This document shows, in pieces, positions 51,857-64,000 of a DNA stretch of 64,000 nt. This DNA comes from Somniosus microcephalus. Its lineage: Eukaryota. The position numbers and the translations under genes were made by a program. Under the pieces are notes generated by a model. That model worked only from the letters and a program-made list of their open reading frames with translations, did no database searches and had not been told where the DNA came from. Location of the stretch: assembly GCA_052327205.1 (NCBI GenBank), contig CM126204.1, positions 126,046,001 to 126,110,000 of the forward strand. The letters run 5' to 3'. The stretch's first letter is position 1. Each line of letters starts with the position of its first letter.

Positions 51857-53401
51857 CTGAATGTGAACCAGAAGACTATCATCATTCTTCTGCTCCTCAG
51901 TGCCTTGTTGGAGCTGCTGGTTGGACATCAATTGAGAACCAGGCCACCTGCCTAGCTTTTCTATAAAGTCATGGGCCCTTTTCAATTCCACGATTGTATC
52001 TTCACTCCCTGGACCCTTGGATGTATTTATGGGGCCACTTTCCAGTTGGCAGGTTGATTGGGCAACTTCAGCACCGCCGACGTGGTCAACGACGGTATCC
52101 TCAGTGCCACCACCTTGAATGTCTGTGTCCTTTGTTGTCTTTACGATCCCCTCTTTTGTGTTGGTCGCGTAGGTTGATTTGTTATCCAAGTGAACGGAGA
52201 TGTTCTCCAATTGCTGAGCTAAAACTTCCAACTCATTCAGTTTGTACGGAAGAGCCAGGTACTCCTCATCGCTCTCCCATTCCTTATTTAAGGGAAGTAT
52301 CTGTGTTGTGGGTATGAAGCCTACAGGGTCTCTTCCTGATATTAAGTGGTTGGAAAATCCTTCATATGAGCTCTTGGATAGAAAACTGGAATCGGCAACT
52401 GAAGTGGCCAAGGAGCAGTCAGATGTGATTGCACGGTTAATCAAACTCTCTGAGAGTTGCGTTTTATTGATTGTGGAACGTTCCACAAAGGGAGTTGGCG
52501 TTACACTAGCTTTATAGGTTGAATGAGAGGTCAAATTGGAAGGCTGGTTATACATGTGCAAAGGACTGGAGGAACGACGAGGAGGGTCCATATTTCCTCC
52601 GTGGCTGTTATAACCCCAGGCTGGGTTAGCAGTGTTGCTGGTACTAGAGTGGTAGGCAGGGAACAACAGCATACTCTTTGATGTTATTGTATTTGACAGA
52701 GAGGGCAAAGAACTGTCAGCCACGATGCCTGAATCCTTTAAACACGAGTCAGAGGACAAATCATCACCATCTAAAGAGTCCTTGGAGGTGTAATGCCCTG
52801 GTCTTAAGGGATATGTAAAATCAAGCAAAGCCTGGTATTCCTCATCAGGGTCCCAATCAGGTAAAGTCCGATCTCTAGATGGTCTGAAAGAATCGGGAGG
52901 TCTACATGCCCAGTAATCTGATATGTAGGGCAGCATCTCTTTTCTATACAGAGGTTTAAGATTAGAGACGGTAGGGGCAAGGCACCCATTAGAAATTTGG
53001 CCCAATGACGTATATTTGTGTAACTTTATATTTTGTATGCTTAATGTGGTCTTTCTTTTTGGCAAACATGGAGAGAAAGTACAAGTATCCCAAGTACTGT
53101 ACCTTGGAGAGGACAGGCACCTTCGACTGTCCGGTCTTTCAACCTCATTGTTCTTTGGTGATGGTGGTGATGAAATGCTAAGTCTCGCCATCTTCTGATC
53201 AAATCTACCACTTAGTTCATTTGTTCGAGAAACTGAAGGTGGCGAAGATTTCAGGTGATCTACAGAATACGAAGACTGGACAGATTCGCAAGGCAGATAG
53301 TTGGTCCCATTGTCACTCACGCTTTGCGATGGTACTACTCTTGATGAATATCCAGAATTTGGGAGGGAAAATCTTTTATTCAGCTCCTGCATATCAACTA
53401 C
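51857..53401 (-). CDS. CEP68: CEP68 large internal coding exon (515 codons)
   Basis: ORF contains YWACRPPDS...WDPDEEYQALLDFTYPLRP, DSGIVADS and ESDEEYLALP, all recognisable CEP68 blocks; acceptor ttttgaag|GTA, donor CAG|gtaaaa; RAB1A-CEP68 tail-to-tail synteny is known in vertebrates. Confidence 0.88.
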
Positions 53402-53621
53402 CTTCAAAAGGAGGTGAAGTGATTATTAAATATGCTTTTCTCTATAAAAAACATCAAATATTCATACGATATTTTCCATTGTTTTTATGTTTACAAGACT
53501 TCTTTCGACATATAATGGTAAACTCAGCAATCACTTGTAGCCAGACTGGGGGGTGGTGGTAAAAGGGCATTAGTGACATTTTTAGAATGTGGCAGCTTTC
53601 GTGGTAATTGACATACTCCGG

Positions 53622-54111
53622 AAGAGAGCGCGCGCGAGACAGAGAGAGAGCGCGAGACAGAGAGAGAGAGCGCGCGCGCGCGAGACAGAGAGAGAGCGTG
53701 CGCGCGAGCGAGAGCGCGCGCGCGAGACAGAGAGAGCGCGCGAGACAGAGCGCGCGAGGCAGAGAGAGCGCGCGCGAGACAGAGAGAGCGCGCGCGAGAC
53801 AGAGAGAGAGCGCGCGAGACACAGAGAGAGAGCGCGCGAGACAGAGCGCGCGAGACAGAGAGAGAGCGCGCGCGCGAGACAGAGAGAGAGCGCGCGCGAG
53901 ACAGAGAGAGAGCGCGCGCGAGAGACAGAGAGAGCGCGCGCGCGAGACAGAGCGCGCGCGCGCGAGACAGAGAGAGAGCGCGCGCGCGCGAGACAGAGAG
54001 AGAGAGCGCGCGCGCGCGAGACAGAGAGAGAGAGCGCGCGCGCGCGAGACAGAGAGGGAGAGCACGCGCGCGCGAGACAGAGAGAGCGCGCGCGCGCGAG
54101 ACAGAGAGAGA

Positions 54112-54154
<43 letters not shown>

Positions 54155-56887
54155 CGAGAAAGAGAGAGAGAGAGAGAGAGAGCGCGGGCGCGCGAGAGAG
54201 AGAGCGCGGGCGCGCGAGAGAGAGAGAGCGCGGGCGCGCGAGAGAGAGAGAGCGCGGGCGCGCGAGAGAGAGAGCGCGGGCGCGCGAGAGAGAGAGCGCG
54301 GGCGCGCGAGAGAGAGAGAGAGAGAGCGCGGGCGCGCGAGAGAGAGAGCGCGCGGGCGCGAGAGAGAGAGCGCGGGCGCGCGAGAGAGACAGAGAGCGCG
54401 GGCGCGAGAGAGAGAGAGAGCGCGGGCGCGAGAGAGAGAGAGAGCGCGGGCGCGAGAGAGAGAGAGAGCGCGGGCGCGAGAGAGAGAGAGAGCGCGGGCG
54501 CGAGAGAGAGAGAGAGCGCGGGCGCGAGACAGAGAGAGAGCGCGGGCGCGAGACAGAGAGAGAGAGCGCGGGCGCGAGACAGAGAGAGAGCGCGGGCGCG
54601 AGACAGAGAGAGAGCGCGGGCGCGAGACAGAGAGAGAGCGCGGGCGCGAGACAGAGAGAGAGCGCGGGCGCGAGACAGAGAGAGAGCGCGGGCGCGAGAC
54701 AGAGAGAGAGCGCGGGCGCGAGACAGAGAGAGAGCGCGGGCGCGAGACAGAGAGAGAGCGCGCGAGACAGAGAGAGAGAGCGCGCGCGCGAGACAGAGAG
54801 AGCGCGCGCGAGACAGAGAGAGCGCGCGCGCGCGAGACAGAGAGAGAGCGCGCGCGCGCGAGACAGAGAGAGAGCGCGCGCGCGCGAGACAGAGAGAGAG
54901 CGCGCGCGCGCGAGACAGAGAGAGAGCGCGCGCGCGCGAGACAGAGAGAGAGCGCGCGCGCGCGAGACAGAGAGAGAGCGCGCGCGCGCGAGACAGAGAG
55001 AGCGCGCGCGCGCGCGAGACAGAGAGAGAGCGCGCCGCGCGCGAGACAGAGAGAGAGCGCGCGCGCGCGAGACAGAGAGCGCGCGCGCGCGAGACAGAGA
55101 GAGCGCGAGAGAGAGAGAGCGAGCGCGCGAGAGAGCGAGCGCGCGAGAGAGAGAGCGAGCGCGCGAGAGAGAGCGAGCGCGCGAGAGAGAGAGAGCGAAC
55201 GCGCGAGAGAGAGAGAGCGAGCGCGCGAGAGAGAGAGCGAGCGCGCGAGAGAGAGAGAGCGAGCGCGCGAGAGAGAGAGCGAGCGCGCGAGAGAGAGAGA
55301 GCGAGCGCGCGAGAGAGAGAGAGCGAGCGCGCGAGAGAGAGAGCGAGCGCGCGAGAGAGAGCGAGCGAGCGAGCGCGAGAGAGAGAGAGCGAGCGCGCGA
55401 GAGAGAGAGCGAGCGCGCGAGAGAGAGAGCGAGCGCGCGAGAGAGAGAGCGAGCGCGCGAGAGAGAGAGCGAGCGCGCGAGAGAGAGAGCGAGCGCGAGA
55501 GAGAGAGAGCGATGCGCGCGAGAGAGAGCGAGAGAGCGAGCGCGCGAGAGAGAGCGAGCGCGCGAGAGAGAGAGAGCGAGCGCGCGAGAAAGCGCGAGCG
55601 CGAGAGAGAGCGAGCGCGCGAGAGAGAGCGAGCGCGCGAGAGAGAGAGAGCGAGCGCGCGAGAGAGAGAGAGCGAGCGCGCGAGAGAGAGAGAGCGAGCG
55701 CGCGAGACCGAGAGCGAGCGCGCGAGAGCGCGAGAGACCGAGAGAGCGAGCGCGCGAGACCGAGAGAGCGAGCGCTGCGAGCGAGAGCGAGCGAGCGCGA
55801 GAGAGCGAGCGCGCGAGACCGAGAGAGCGAGCGCGCGAGACCGAGAGAGCGAGCGCGCGAGACCGAGAGAGCGAGCGCGCGAGACCGAGAGAGCGAGCGC
55901 GCGAGACCGAGAGAGCGAGCGCGCGAGACCGAGAGAGCGAGCGCGCGAGACCGAGAGAGCGAGCGCGCGAGACCGACAGAGCGAGCGCGCGAGACCGACA
56001 GAGCGAGCGCGCGAGACCGACAGAGAGCGAGCGCGCGAGACCGACAGAGAGCGAGCGCGCGAGACCGACAGAGAGCGAGCGCGCGAGACCGACAGAGAGC
56101 GAGCGCGCGAGACCGACAGAGAGCGAGCGCGCGAGACCGACAGAGAGCGAGCGCGCGAGACCGACAGAGAGCGAGCGCGCGAGACCGACAGAGAGAGCGC
56201 GCGAGACCGACAGAGAGAGCGCGCGAGACCGACAGAGAGAGCGCGCGAGACCGACAGAGAGTGCGCGCGAGACCGACAGAGAGAGCGCGCGAGACCGACA
56301 GAGAGAGCGCGCGAGACCGACAGAGAGAGCGCGCGAGACCGACAGAGAGCGCGCGAGACCGACAGAGAGAGCGCGCGAGACCGACAGAGAGAGAGCGCGC
56401 CAGACAGAGAGCGCGCACGCGCGCTGCGCGCACACACAAGAGAAACAGAGAGACGGCGAGCGCGCGCGCGAGACGGAGGGCACGCGCAAGACAGGGAGCA
56501 CGCGCGAGACGGAGCGCGCGCAAGAGAAACAGAGAGAGGGCGCGCGCGAGACGGGGGGGCGCGCGAGGAGAGACGGCGGGCGCGCGCGAGACAGGGAGGG
56601 CGCGTGCGAGACAGGGAGAAGCGCGCGAGACAGAGAGTGTGCGCGCAAGAGAAGCAGAGAGAGGGCGCGCGCGTGCGAGACGAGGGCGCGCGCGAGACGG
56701 GGGCGTGCGAGAGGCGGGGAGCGCTGCGCGCGAGACGGGGGGCGCGCGCGAGACAGGGAGAGGGTGCGCGAGACAGAGGAGCGCTGCGCGCGAGACAGTG
56801 GGCGCGCGAGACAGAGAGAGGGCGCGCGCGAGACAGGGAGAGCGCGCGAGACAGAGAGCGCGTGCAAGAGAAAGAGAGAGAGGGCGC
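53622..56887. repeat. Compound (AG)n/(CG)n low-complexity satellite, ~3.3 kb, running into an assembly gap
   Basis: Blocks such as GAGACAGAGAGAGAGCGCGCGC and GAGACCGACAGAGAGCGAGCGCGC; almost no T on the + strand. Confidence 0.95.
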
Positions 56888-57247
56888 NNNNNNNNNNNNN
56901 NNNNNNNNNNNNNNNNNNNNNNNNNNNNNNNNNNNNNNNNNNNNNNNNNNNNNNNNNNNNNNNNNNNNNNNNNNNNNNNNNNNNNNNNNNNNNNNNNNNN
57001 NNNNNNNNNNNNNNNNNNNNNNNNNNNNNNNNNNNNNNNNNNNNNNNNNNNNNNNNNNNNNNNNNNNNNNNNNNNNNNNNNNNNNNNNNNNNNNNNNNNN
57101 NNNNNNNNNNNNNNNNNNNNNNNNNNNNNNNNNNNNNNNNNNNNNNNNNNNNNNNNNNNNNNNNNNNNNNNNNNNNNNNNNNNNNNNNNNNNNNNNNNNN
57201 NNNNNNNNNNNNNNNNNNNNNNNNNNNNNNNNNNNNNNNNNNNNNNN
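56888..57247. other. Assembly gap (N run)
   Basis: 360 N. Confidence 1.
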
Positions 57248-58504
57248 TCTGCTAGAGTCGTTCTGTCAGACCTGGGCCCTGACAATAAGCCCCCAAAAAA
57301 CCAAAGTCCTTGTGTTCCAGCAAAGATCCAGACATCAGGGACCCAGAATAAACCTCACACTAGGAACAACTAAAATTGAACAAACCACTAACTACACATA
57401 CTTGGGCTTAAAAATCAGTTCTACAGGAAATTTTCACCTGGCTGTGAATGAACTGAAAGAGAAAGCAAGAAGGGCTTTCTATGCCATTAAAAAATCAATC
57501 CAAATAGAAATTCCAATTAGCATTTGGCTCAAAATTTTTTAATCAGTAATTGAACCAATTGCACTCTATGGCAGTGAGGTGTGGGGACCGCTAACACAAC
57601 AAGAATTCGCAAAATGGGACAAACACCCCATTGAGATCCTACATGCAGAATTCTGTAAAAGTATCCTCCGGACTCAAAGGAAAACCGTAAACAATGCATG
57701 CAGGGCAGAACTAGGCCAATATCCATTAATAATTACTATCCAAAAAAGAGCCACCAAATTTTGGAAACACCTAAAAATGAGCAACACCCACTGCTATCAT
57801 TACAAAGCCCTGAAATGCCAAGAGAGGACCATAAAGAAGAATACCCTCAGTCAACTAGTCCTGGGACACAGTGAAGTAACTACTAACACTACTAACAATA
57901 ACCAGCCCCAGGACAGTGACATCGTAGCACAGAGAACTCGACCCAACACAATTGTCACTAAGCAAAAGGAAAAATGTGTCATATTGGGCAGAAACAACAA
58001 AAACCCAAAACAAACTCAATTGCTACTTGGCCCTAAACAGACAATACAACATGGCTGAATACCTGACCATGGTAAAGGATAGCAAACTGAGAAAAACCTT
58101 GACAATGTACAGACTTAGTGAACATAGCCTGGCCATCGAAAAAGGCAGACACAGGCAGACCCGGCTGCCAAGAGAGGACAGGATATGCTCTCACTGCAGT
58201 CAGGGAGTGGTGGAGACAGAGATGCACTTCCTCACAGCTTGTGGAAAATATCAGGGCATCAGGGAGAATTTCTACCCAAAATTCACAAAAATATGCCCCG
58301 AATTCAGAAATTTGAATGACGACCAAAAACTCCCATACCTACTAGGGGAACAGAGAAATTGTGTAACCTTAGCGGCACACTATGTTACAGCTTGCCATAA
58401 ACAGAGGGACAACCGTTAAATCTGAAAAAAAGAGTATATACATATTATATGAGTGTATATTTATACACACAGGGATATATCTGTTTATACACTGTATGGA
58501 TAGA
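57248..58504 (+). mobile_element. LINE ORF2 3' half (tentatively RTE-X-like), between two gaps
   Basis: YTYLGLKI, ALYGSEVWG, NNACRAELGQYPL, RICSHC...ETEMHFLTAC. Confidence 0.85.
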
Positions 58505-59004
58505 NNNNNNNNNNNNNNNNNNNNNNNNNNNNNNNNNNNNNNNNNNNNNNNNNNNNNNNNNNNNNNNNNNNNNNNNNNNNNNNNNNNNNNNNNNNNNNNN
58601 NNNNNNNNNNNNNNNNNNNNNNNNNNNNNNNNNNNNNNNNNNNNNNNNNNNNNNNNNNNNNNNNNNNNNNNNNNNNNNNNNNNNNNNNNNNNNNNNNNNN
58701 NNNNNNNNNNNNNNNNNNNNNNNNNNNNNNNNNNNNNNNNNNNNNNNNNNNNNNNNNNNNNNNNNNNNNNNNNNNNNNNNNNNNNNNNNNNNNNNNNNNN
58801 NNNNNNNNNNNNNNNNNNNNNNNNNNNNNNNNNNNNNNNNNNNNNNNNNNNNNNNNNNNNNNNNNNNNNNNNNNNNNNNNNNNNNNNNNNNNNNNNNNNN
58901 NNNNNNNNNNNNNNNNNNNNNNNNNNNNNNNNNNNNNNNNNNNNNNNNNNNNNNNNNNNNNNNNNNNNNNNNNNNNNNNNNNNNNNNNNNNNNNNNNNNN
59001 NNNN
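58505..59004. other. Assembly gap (N run)
   Basis: 500 N. Confidence 1.
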
Positions 59005-60864
59005 GGGAGTGTAACTGGCAATACATGACTGAACTGCAGAGGCGACTGCATACAAAAAGGAGGCAATGAATCTCTGTAACAACAACTTGCATTTATACAG
59101 CACCTTTAATGTAGTAAAACATCCCAAAGCACTTCACAAAGAGGTATATTTTAAGGAGCGTCTTAAAAGGGGGAGCGAGAGGCAACGAGACGGAGAGGTG
59201 TAGGGAGGGAATTCCAGGGCTTAGGGCCCAGGCAGCTGAAGGCACGGCCGCCAATGGTGGAGTGATGGGGAAAAAAAAAAATCAGGGGCTGCACGAGAGT
59301 CCAGAAGATCCTCAAAGGGAATCTTTAGAGGAAGCTCGGAGAGATCCTACCGTAGTCAAAGTGAGATGTACACCGCAAGTCATTTTAGCACTCATTCCTT
59401 TCCGGCCAACTGTCCACTTCCCCTCCCTCCCCTAGATGGCAAATGGAAATCTGACGTGCAATCATCAGTCAAGACTGGAATATGAACTCTGTTCTCTTAG
59501 TGGAGTCCAGGGCTCGATTGTTTTGTAGCAATAAATCCGTCTCGGGGGAGAAAAGGAGAAAAATTAAAAATTAAATTAAAGTGAATACAAAGGAGAAATT
59601 GAGGTAGTTTCTGACATGCTGCTCTTTTCAAATGCAAAATTACTCTCCACAGAAAGAGGTGACTGTACATTGTTGCAGATTCATGCTTTCACACAACCAC
59701 TATCGGAAGCTTCGTGGCAGTTTCCACTGCTGGTCAACAGTTAACTCCTAGCTAATGAAATGCAGCACAACACCAGCTGCTTGTACATGTGCCAAACTGC
59801 ATCTGGCCCTCATCTATCTTTCAGCCATCTACATTTACCTCAAAATGTACAAAGCAGGCGCTTAGCTCCCAGTCACTACTGAAACACACCAGCCTTTGTC
59901 TAATCAGGCCAGTTCAGAAATTTTAAGCAAATTTAGTTTACAATTTGCCCAACGTCATATAGCGGTAGCATTACGGGAGAAAAAAAATGGGTGGGTGGGG
60001 GGGGAAATGTTAAAAAGAAAAACTCCTATCCACCACCCCATTCTCAAAATCACCGTCAGTAGACCATTTAAAACATTGTTCTGCCTTCAACTGTTACGTG
60101 TGCAAGGATTTTCCACGAGAAGCACAGTGATGCCTGCAGCACTTAGAGAAGGGGTCGGGAAAGGGGAGTCGTGATACTGCTTCTATCTATTTTCTCTTAA
60201 TACAAAAAAGACAATGGCCAACGTCTTCTTACTGTTTCCTGTTATTTTACAATGTTTTCCCTCTCCATAAAATTTCTTGTGCTCAGAAGGAGGTCATTAT
60301 TTAAGCACGAATCTCCATATGTTCCCGCTGCTCAAATATTAGCAGTCAGGACCCCTGCTATACTATACATCATTAGCCATGAGTGCTGAATTCCCTCTGG
60401 AGTTCCACCGACCATGTTATACAGCGCTCCACATTACGTGCTGCGCCGCATCAAATGACAGTGCTTTGCAAACTATAACTGTACAATTGATAAAGCAGCT
60501 AAAGAAAATTTGGGTTACCTAAAAAATTATATGTGCATAGAATGGGAAAAAAATCTTCAGAATTAACTTTCATTAAAAAAAAATTCGTTCCTGGGATGTA
60601 GGCGTCGCTGGCAAGGCCAGCATTTATTGCCCATCCCTAATTGCCCTCGAGAAGGTGGTGGTGAGCCGCCTTCTTGAACCACTACAGTCCGTGAGGTGTA
60701 GGTACTCCCAGTGCTGTTGGGTAGCGAGTTCCAGGATTTTGACCCAGTGACGATGAAGGAACGGCAATATATTTCCAAGTCAGGATGTTGTGTGACTTAG
60801 AGGGGAAATTGGAGGTCGTTATGTTCCCATGCACCTTTTGCCCTTGTCCTTCTAGGCAGTAGAG

Positions 60865-62351
60865 TGAAGGGATAATGACAAGTCCTAGCCCTTTTCGGGC
60901 TACCCCAGATCAGGCGTATTCCCCAGACGTTCACCTTCAACTAAAGTTAGAGATAGCCGAATTCTATAAGACGCTTAAATGGGTCTAAAGGTTCAGGCTA
61001 TCTCTCCCTAAAGGAAAGGAACGACTGAAGATGTTACCGTCCTCCAGATAGCACTTTAAATGAGTTTAACTAGACTGTAACCATCCGGATATTATGAGGG
61101 TCCGGAATACCCCCCAGAATTCTGCAACTCCTTTCAAAGAGTGTACAGAAATTGGGTTTGTGAGATTGATACAGAAATACTCAGACAATTCTAAAAATAT
61201 ATAGATTTATTTAAGAGCCGACATTCATTTAACAGCTGTTGAGTCAGTCGTAACATTAACAGTTCAAAAACAATTAACTTACACAATCTTATTCTCAGAG
61301 ATCCTTATTCTCAAATCTTAACTTCGTTACATTTCCATACTTCTACTTATTCTTAATCCAGAATATCCACCAAAATCAAATAGCTTGATTACCCGAGACT
61401 CCGAGTTGTAGGCTTAGAGTGGTTCTGAAGCTGAGAATTGCTTGCCCATTTCCAGCGACTTGTTTTCCCATTTGAAAATCCTATCTTTTATACTCTTTTT
61501 TAGTGGTTTATTCTTTGAAGATTTCTGCTGATGTAAGCTAATTATCTTATTTATTCTCTCTGTTGACTTCTTTCTATTCTTACTGCCAATTTAGTTGCTG
61601 CATGCATAATTATATCTCTACCTTTAGGTGTTCCAAAAACCATCATAAAATGGCTACAACAGATTTATCTCTTTGATGCCATTCTTATCGAAGATCTTTC
61701 ATTCAATTCTTAATATTGGCTTAACTGGTTTTAACCACAGACGTTGTAACTCCGTGGTGTTCCAAGTTCAATACAAAAACCATGTGATTGCTTGGTGTCA
61801 TCTATTGAAGTCATATCTTCAAAGTGTTCTGCAGGTATCATATTTACTATGTAAATTAAAACCACTTTAACCAGGGTGTTTGCTCGTTTACTAGCTATCT
61901 TAGTTGGTTATATTACCAGACTTCGGGACTCCATATTTCAAGCTTAACATAAAAACTATTTGACCAGCAGGTGTTTCTTTTACTTGATGTCATCTTTTCA
62001 AAGGCACATGCCTCTTTTAATATTCTGTGTTTCTGTTTCACGTGTTAGTTCTTAACACTTTACTTGGGTCATTCCATTGTGTTTCTCCCAAACTCCAGAC
62101 CTTTTGGAAGCGCCAAACTGCTATTTCAATAGGGCCGTTGTTTTAGCATATTTAACCAATTCCCATTTCAAAAGCTTGTGGTGTTTACAACTTTGTTAAC
62201 AACTGATCTTTATCTCAGAAGCCTGTATTTCTGTTTACAGCTTGTGTCTGAGGTTTTTTAGATTTTTAAACCCAGTTTCTCATGTATTAATAATGTCAGA
62301 AATCTATTCATAGGATGGTGTATTTCTTGGAATCTGGCTTATTCCATCACA
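60865..62351 (-). mobile_element. Solo LTR (1487 bp) inserted into a LINE fragment
   Basis: TG...CA termini; 4-bp TSD AGAG (60861-60864, 62352-62355); host LINE resumes after it; minus-strand TATAAAAG 61485-61492 and AATAAA 61206-61211. Confidence 0.78.
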
Positions 62352-64000
62352 AGAGGTCGTGGCAGTTTGGGAGGTGAAAGATTACTGACTGGCAAAATTT
62401 ATATTAGGTACTTTTTAAATATAATATATATAATTTTATACAATTTAAAATACAGCTGAACATAGAAACAGGAGGCCATTCAGCCTCTCAAGCCTGTTCC
62501 GCCATTCAATTAGATCATGGCTGACCGGTGTCTTAACTCCATTTTCTCGCCTTGCTTCTGTAACCCTCAATACCTTGCCTACCAAAAATCTATCAACCTC
62601 AGTTTTGAAATTTTCAATTGAACCCCGGCCTCAACAGCTTTTTGGGGGAAGAGTGTTCCAGATTTCCACTACTCTTTGTGTGAAGAAGTGCTTCCTGACA
62701 TCACCCCTGAACGGCCTGGCTAGAATTTGAAGGTTATGTCCCCTTGTTCTGGAATCTCCCCACCAAAGGAAATAGTTTCTCTCCATCTACCTTATCAACT
62801 CCTTTAATCATCTTAAACACCTCAATTAGTTCACCCCTTGACTATTCCAATGCACTCCTGGCTGGCCTCCCATATTCTACCCTCTGTAAACTTGAGATCA
62901 TCCAAAACTCTACTAGCCGTGCCCATGATGGGTGAAGTCCTGTTCGCTCATCACCCCTGTGCTCGCTGACCTACACTGGCTCCTGGTTAAGCAATGCCTC
63001 GATTTAAAAAAGTCTCAACCTTGTTTTCAAATCCCTCCATCACCTTGCCCCTCCCTATATATGTAATCTCCTCCACCCCTACGAGATATCTACACTCCTC
63101 TAATTCTGGCCTCTTGAACATCCCCGATTTTAATCGCTCAACCATTGGCAGCCATGCCTTCAGCTGCCAAGGTCCCAAGCTCTGGAATTCCCTCCCTAAA
63201 CCTCTCTATCCTCCTTTAAGATGCTCCTTAAAACCTACCTCTTCGACCAAGCTTTTGGTCATCTGCCCCAATATCTCTGTGGCTCGGTGTCACATTTTGT
63301 TTTATAACGCTCCTGTGAAGCACTTTGTGACGTATTTATATAGCACCTTTAACAAAGTAAAACAAGTTCTTGTTGTAGTAGTATTGCAATTTTATGGAGT
63401 ATATTTGAAATAATTAACAAAAAAAATCTCAGCAACGACCTTGATCATGCTTGGATAAAACAGTATTAACAGTGCTTAATTGAATCACTGAAAGTTAACA
63501 TGCAGGTACAGCAAGCAATTAGGAAAGCAAATGGTATGTTAGCTTTTGTTACAAAGGGATTAGAGTATAAGAGTAAAGAAGTCTTACTACAATTATACAG
63601 GGCATTAGTGAGGCCACACCTGGAGTACTGTGTACAGTTCTGGTCTCCTTACCCAAGGAAAGACATACTTGCCCTAGAGGGAGTGCAGCGAAGGTTCACT
63701 AGACTGGTTCCTGGGATGAGGGGATTGCCCCATGAGGAGAGCTTGAGTAGCCTAGGCCTATATTCCTTAGAGTTTAGAAGAAGTTCAGAGGAGTAAATTA
63801 TAGCATTTCTAAAATAGGGAAAGGTTGGAGGCTAGAGGTGACCAAATTTGAGTTGGAATTTCAACCAAGCTTTTGATCACCAGTTAATATCTCCTTTTTT
63901 GGCACAGCATAAATTTTTCCCATGCGTCTCTGTGAAGCACCTGGAGACATTTTTTCTACGTTAAAAGTGCTATAGAAATGCAAGTTGTTGTTGCTGGATA

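Noticed and set aside
53454-57542. ORFs of 950-1317 aa (RARERE.../SLSRAR...)
   Set aside because: They come from a stop-free low-complexity repeat and N runs; open in several frames on both strands.
58369-59127. ORFs spanning the second gap
   Set aside because: Made almost entirely of N codons.
59310-60560. Possible upstream CEP68 coding exon
   Set aside because: No convincing minus-strand frame with splice sites or CEP68 similarity; the 5' exons probably lie outside the window or in a gap.

Overview
Vertebrate genomic DNA, most likely a shark or other cartilaginous fish (inferred from the CR1/L2/Deu-SINE/Penelope repeat content). It holds a complete six-exon RAB1A gene on the + strand (CDS 3966-39365, 205 aa, CpG-island promoter). 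A convergent CEP68 gene lies on the - strand; four coding exons are visible (46309-53401) and its 5' exons were not located. Introns and flanks are filled with CR1, L2 and RTE-X-like LINEs, Deu-domain SINEs, Penelope-like elements, two MITEs, a ~1.5-kb solo LTR, minisatellites and two assembly gaps. Main findings: (1) a perfect 3.3-copy tandem array of a 323-bp Penelope-derived mini-unit, each unit carrying a minimal hammerhead-ribozyme motif, the whole array bounded by one 15-bp target-site duplication (retrozyme-like), plus three more TSD-flanked insertions of the same family; (2) a TG...CA solo LTR with a 4-bp TSD and foamy-like architecture, oriented like CEP68; (3) two minisatellites grown from LINE 3' tails. 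Most long ORFs in the track are repeat artefacts. Repeat boundaries are approximate, and family and gene names rest on recalled similarity, not on searches.
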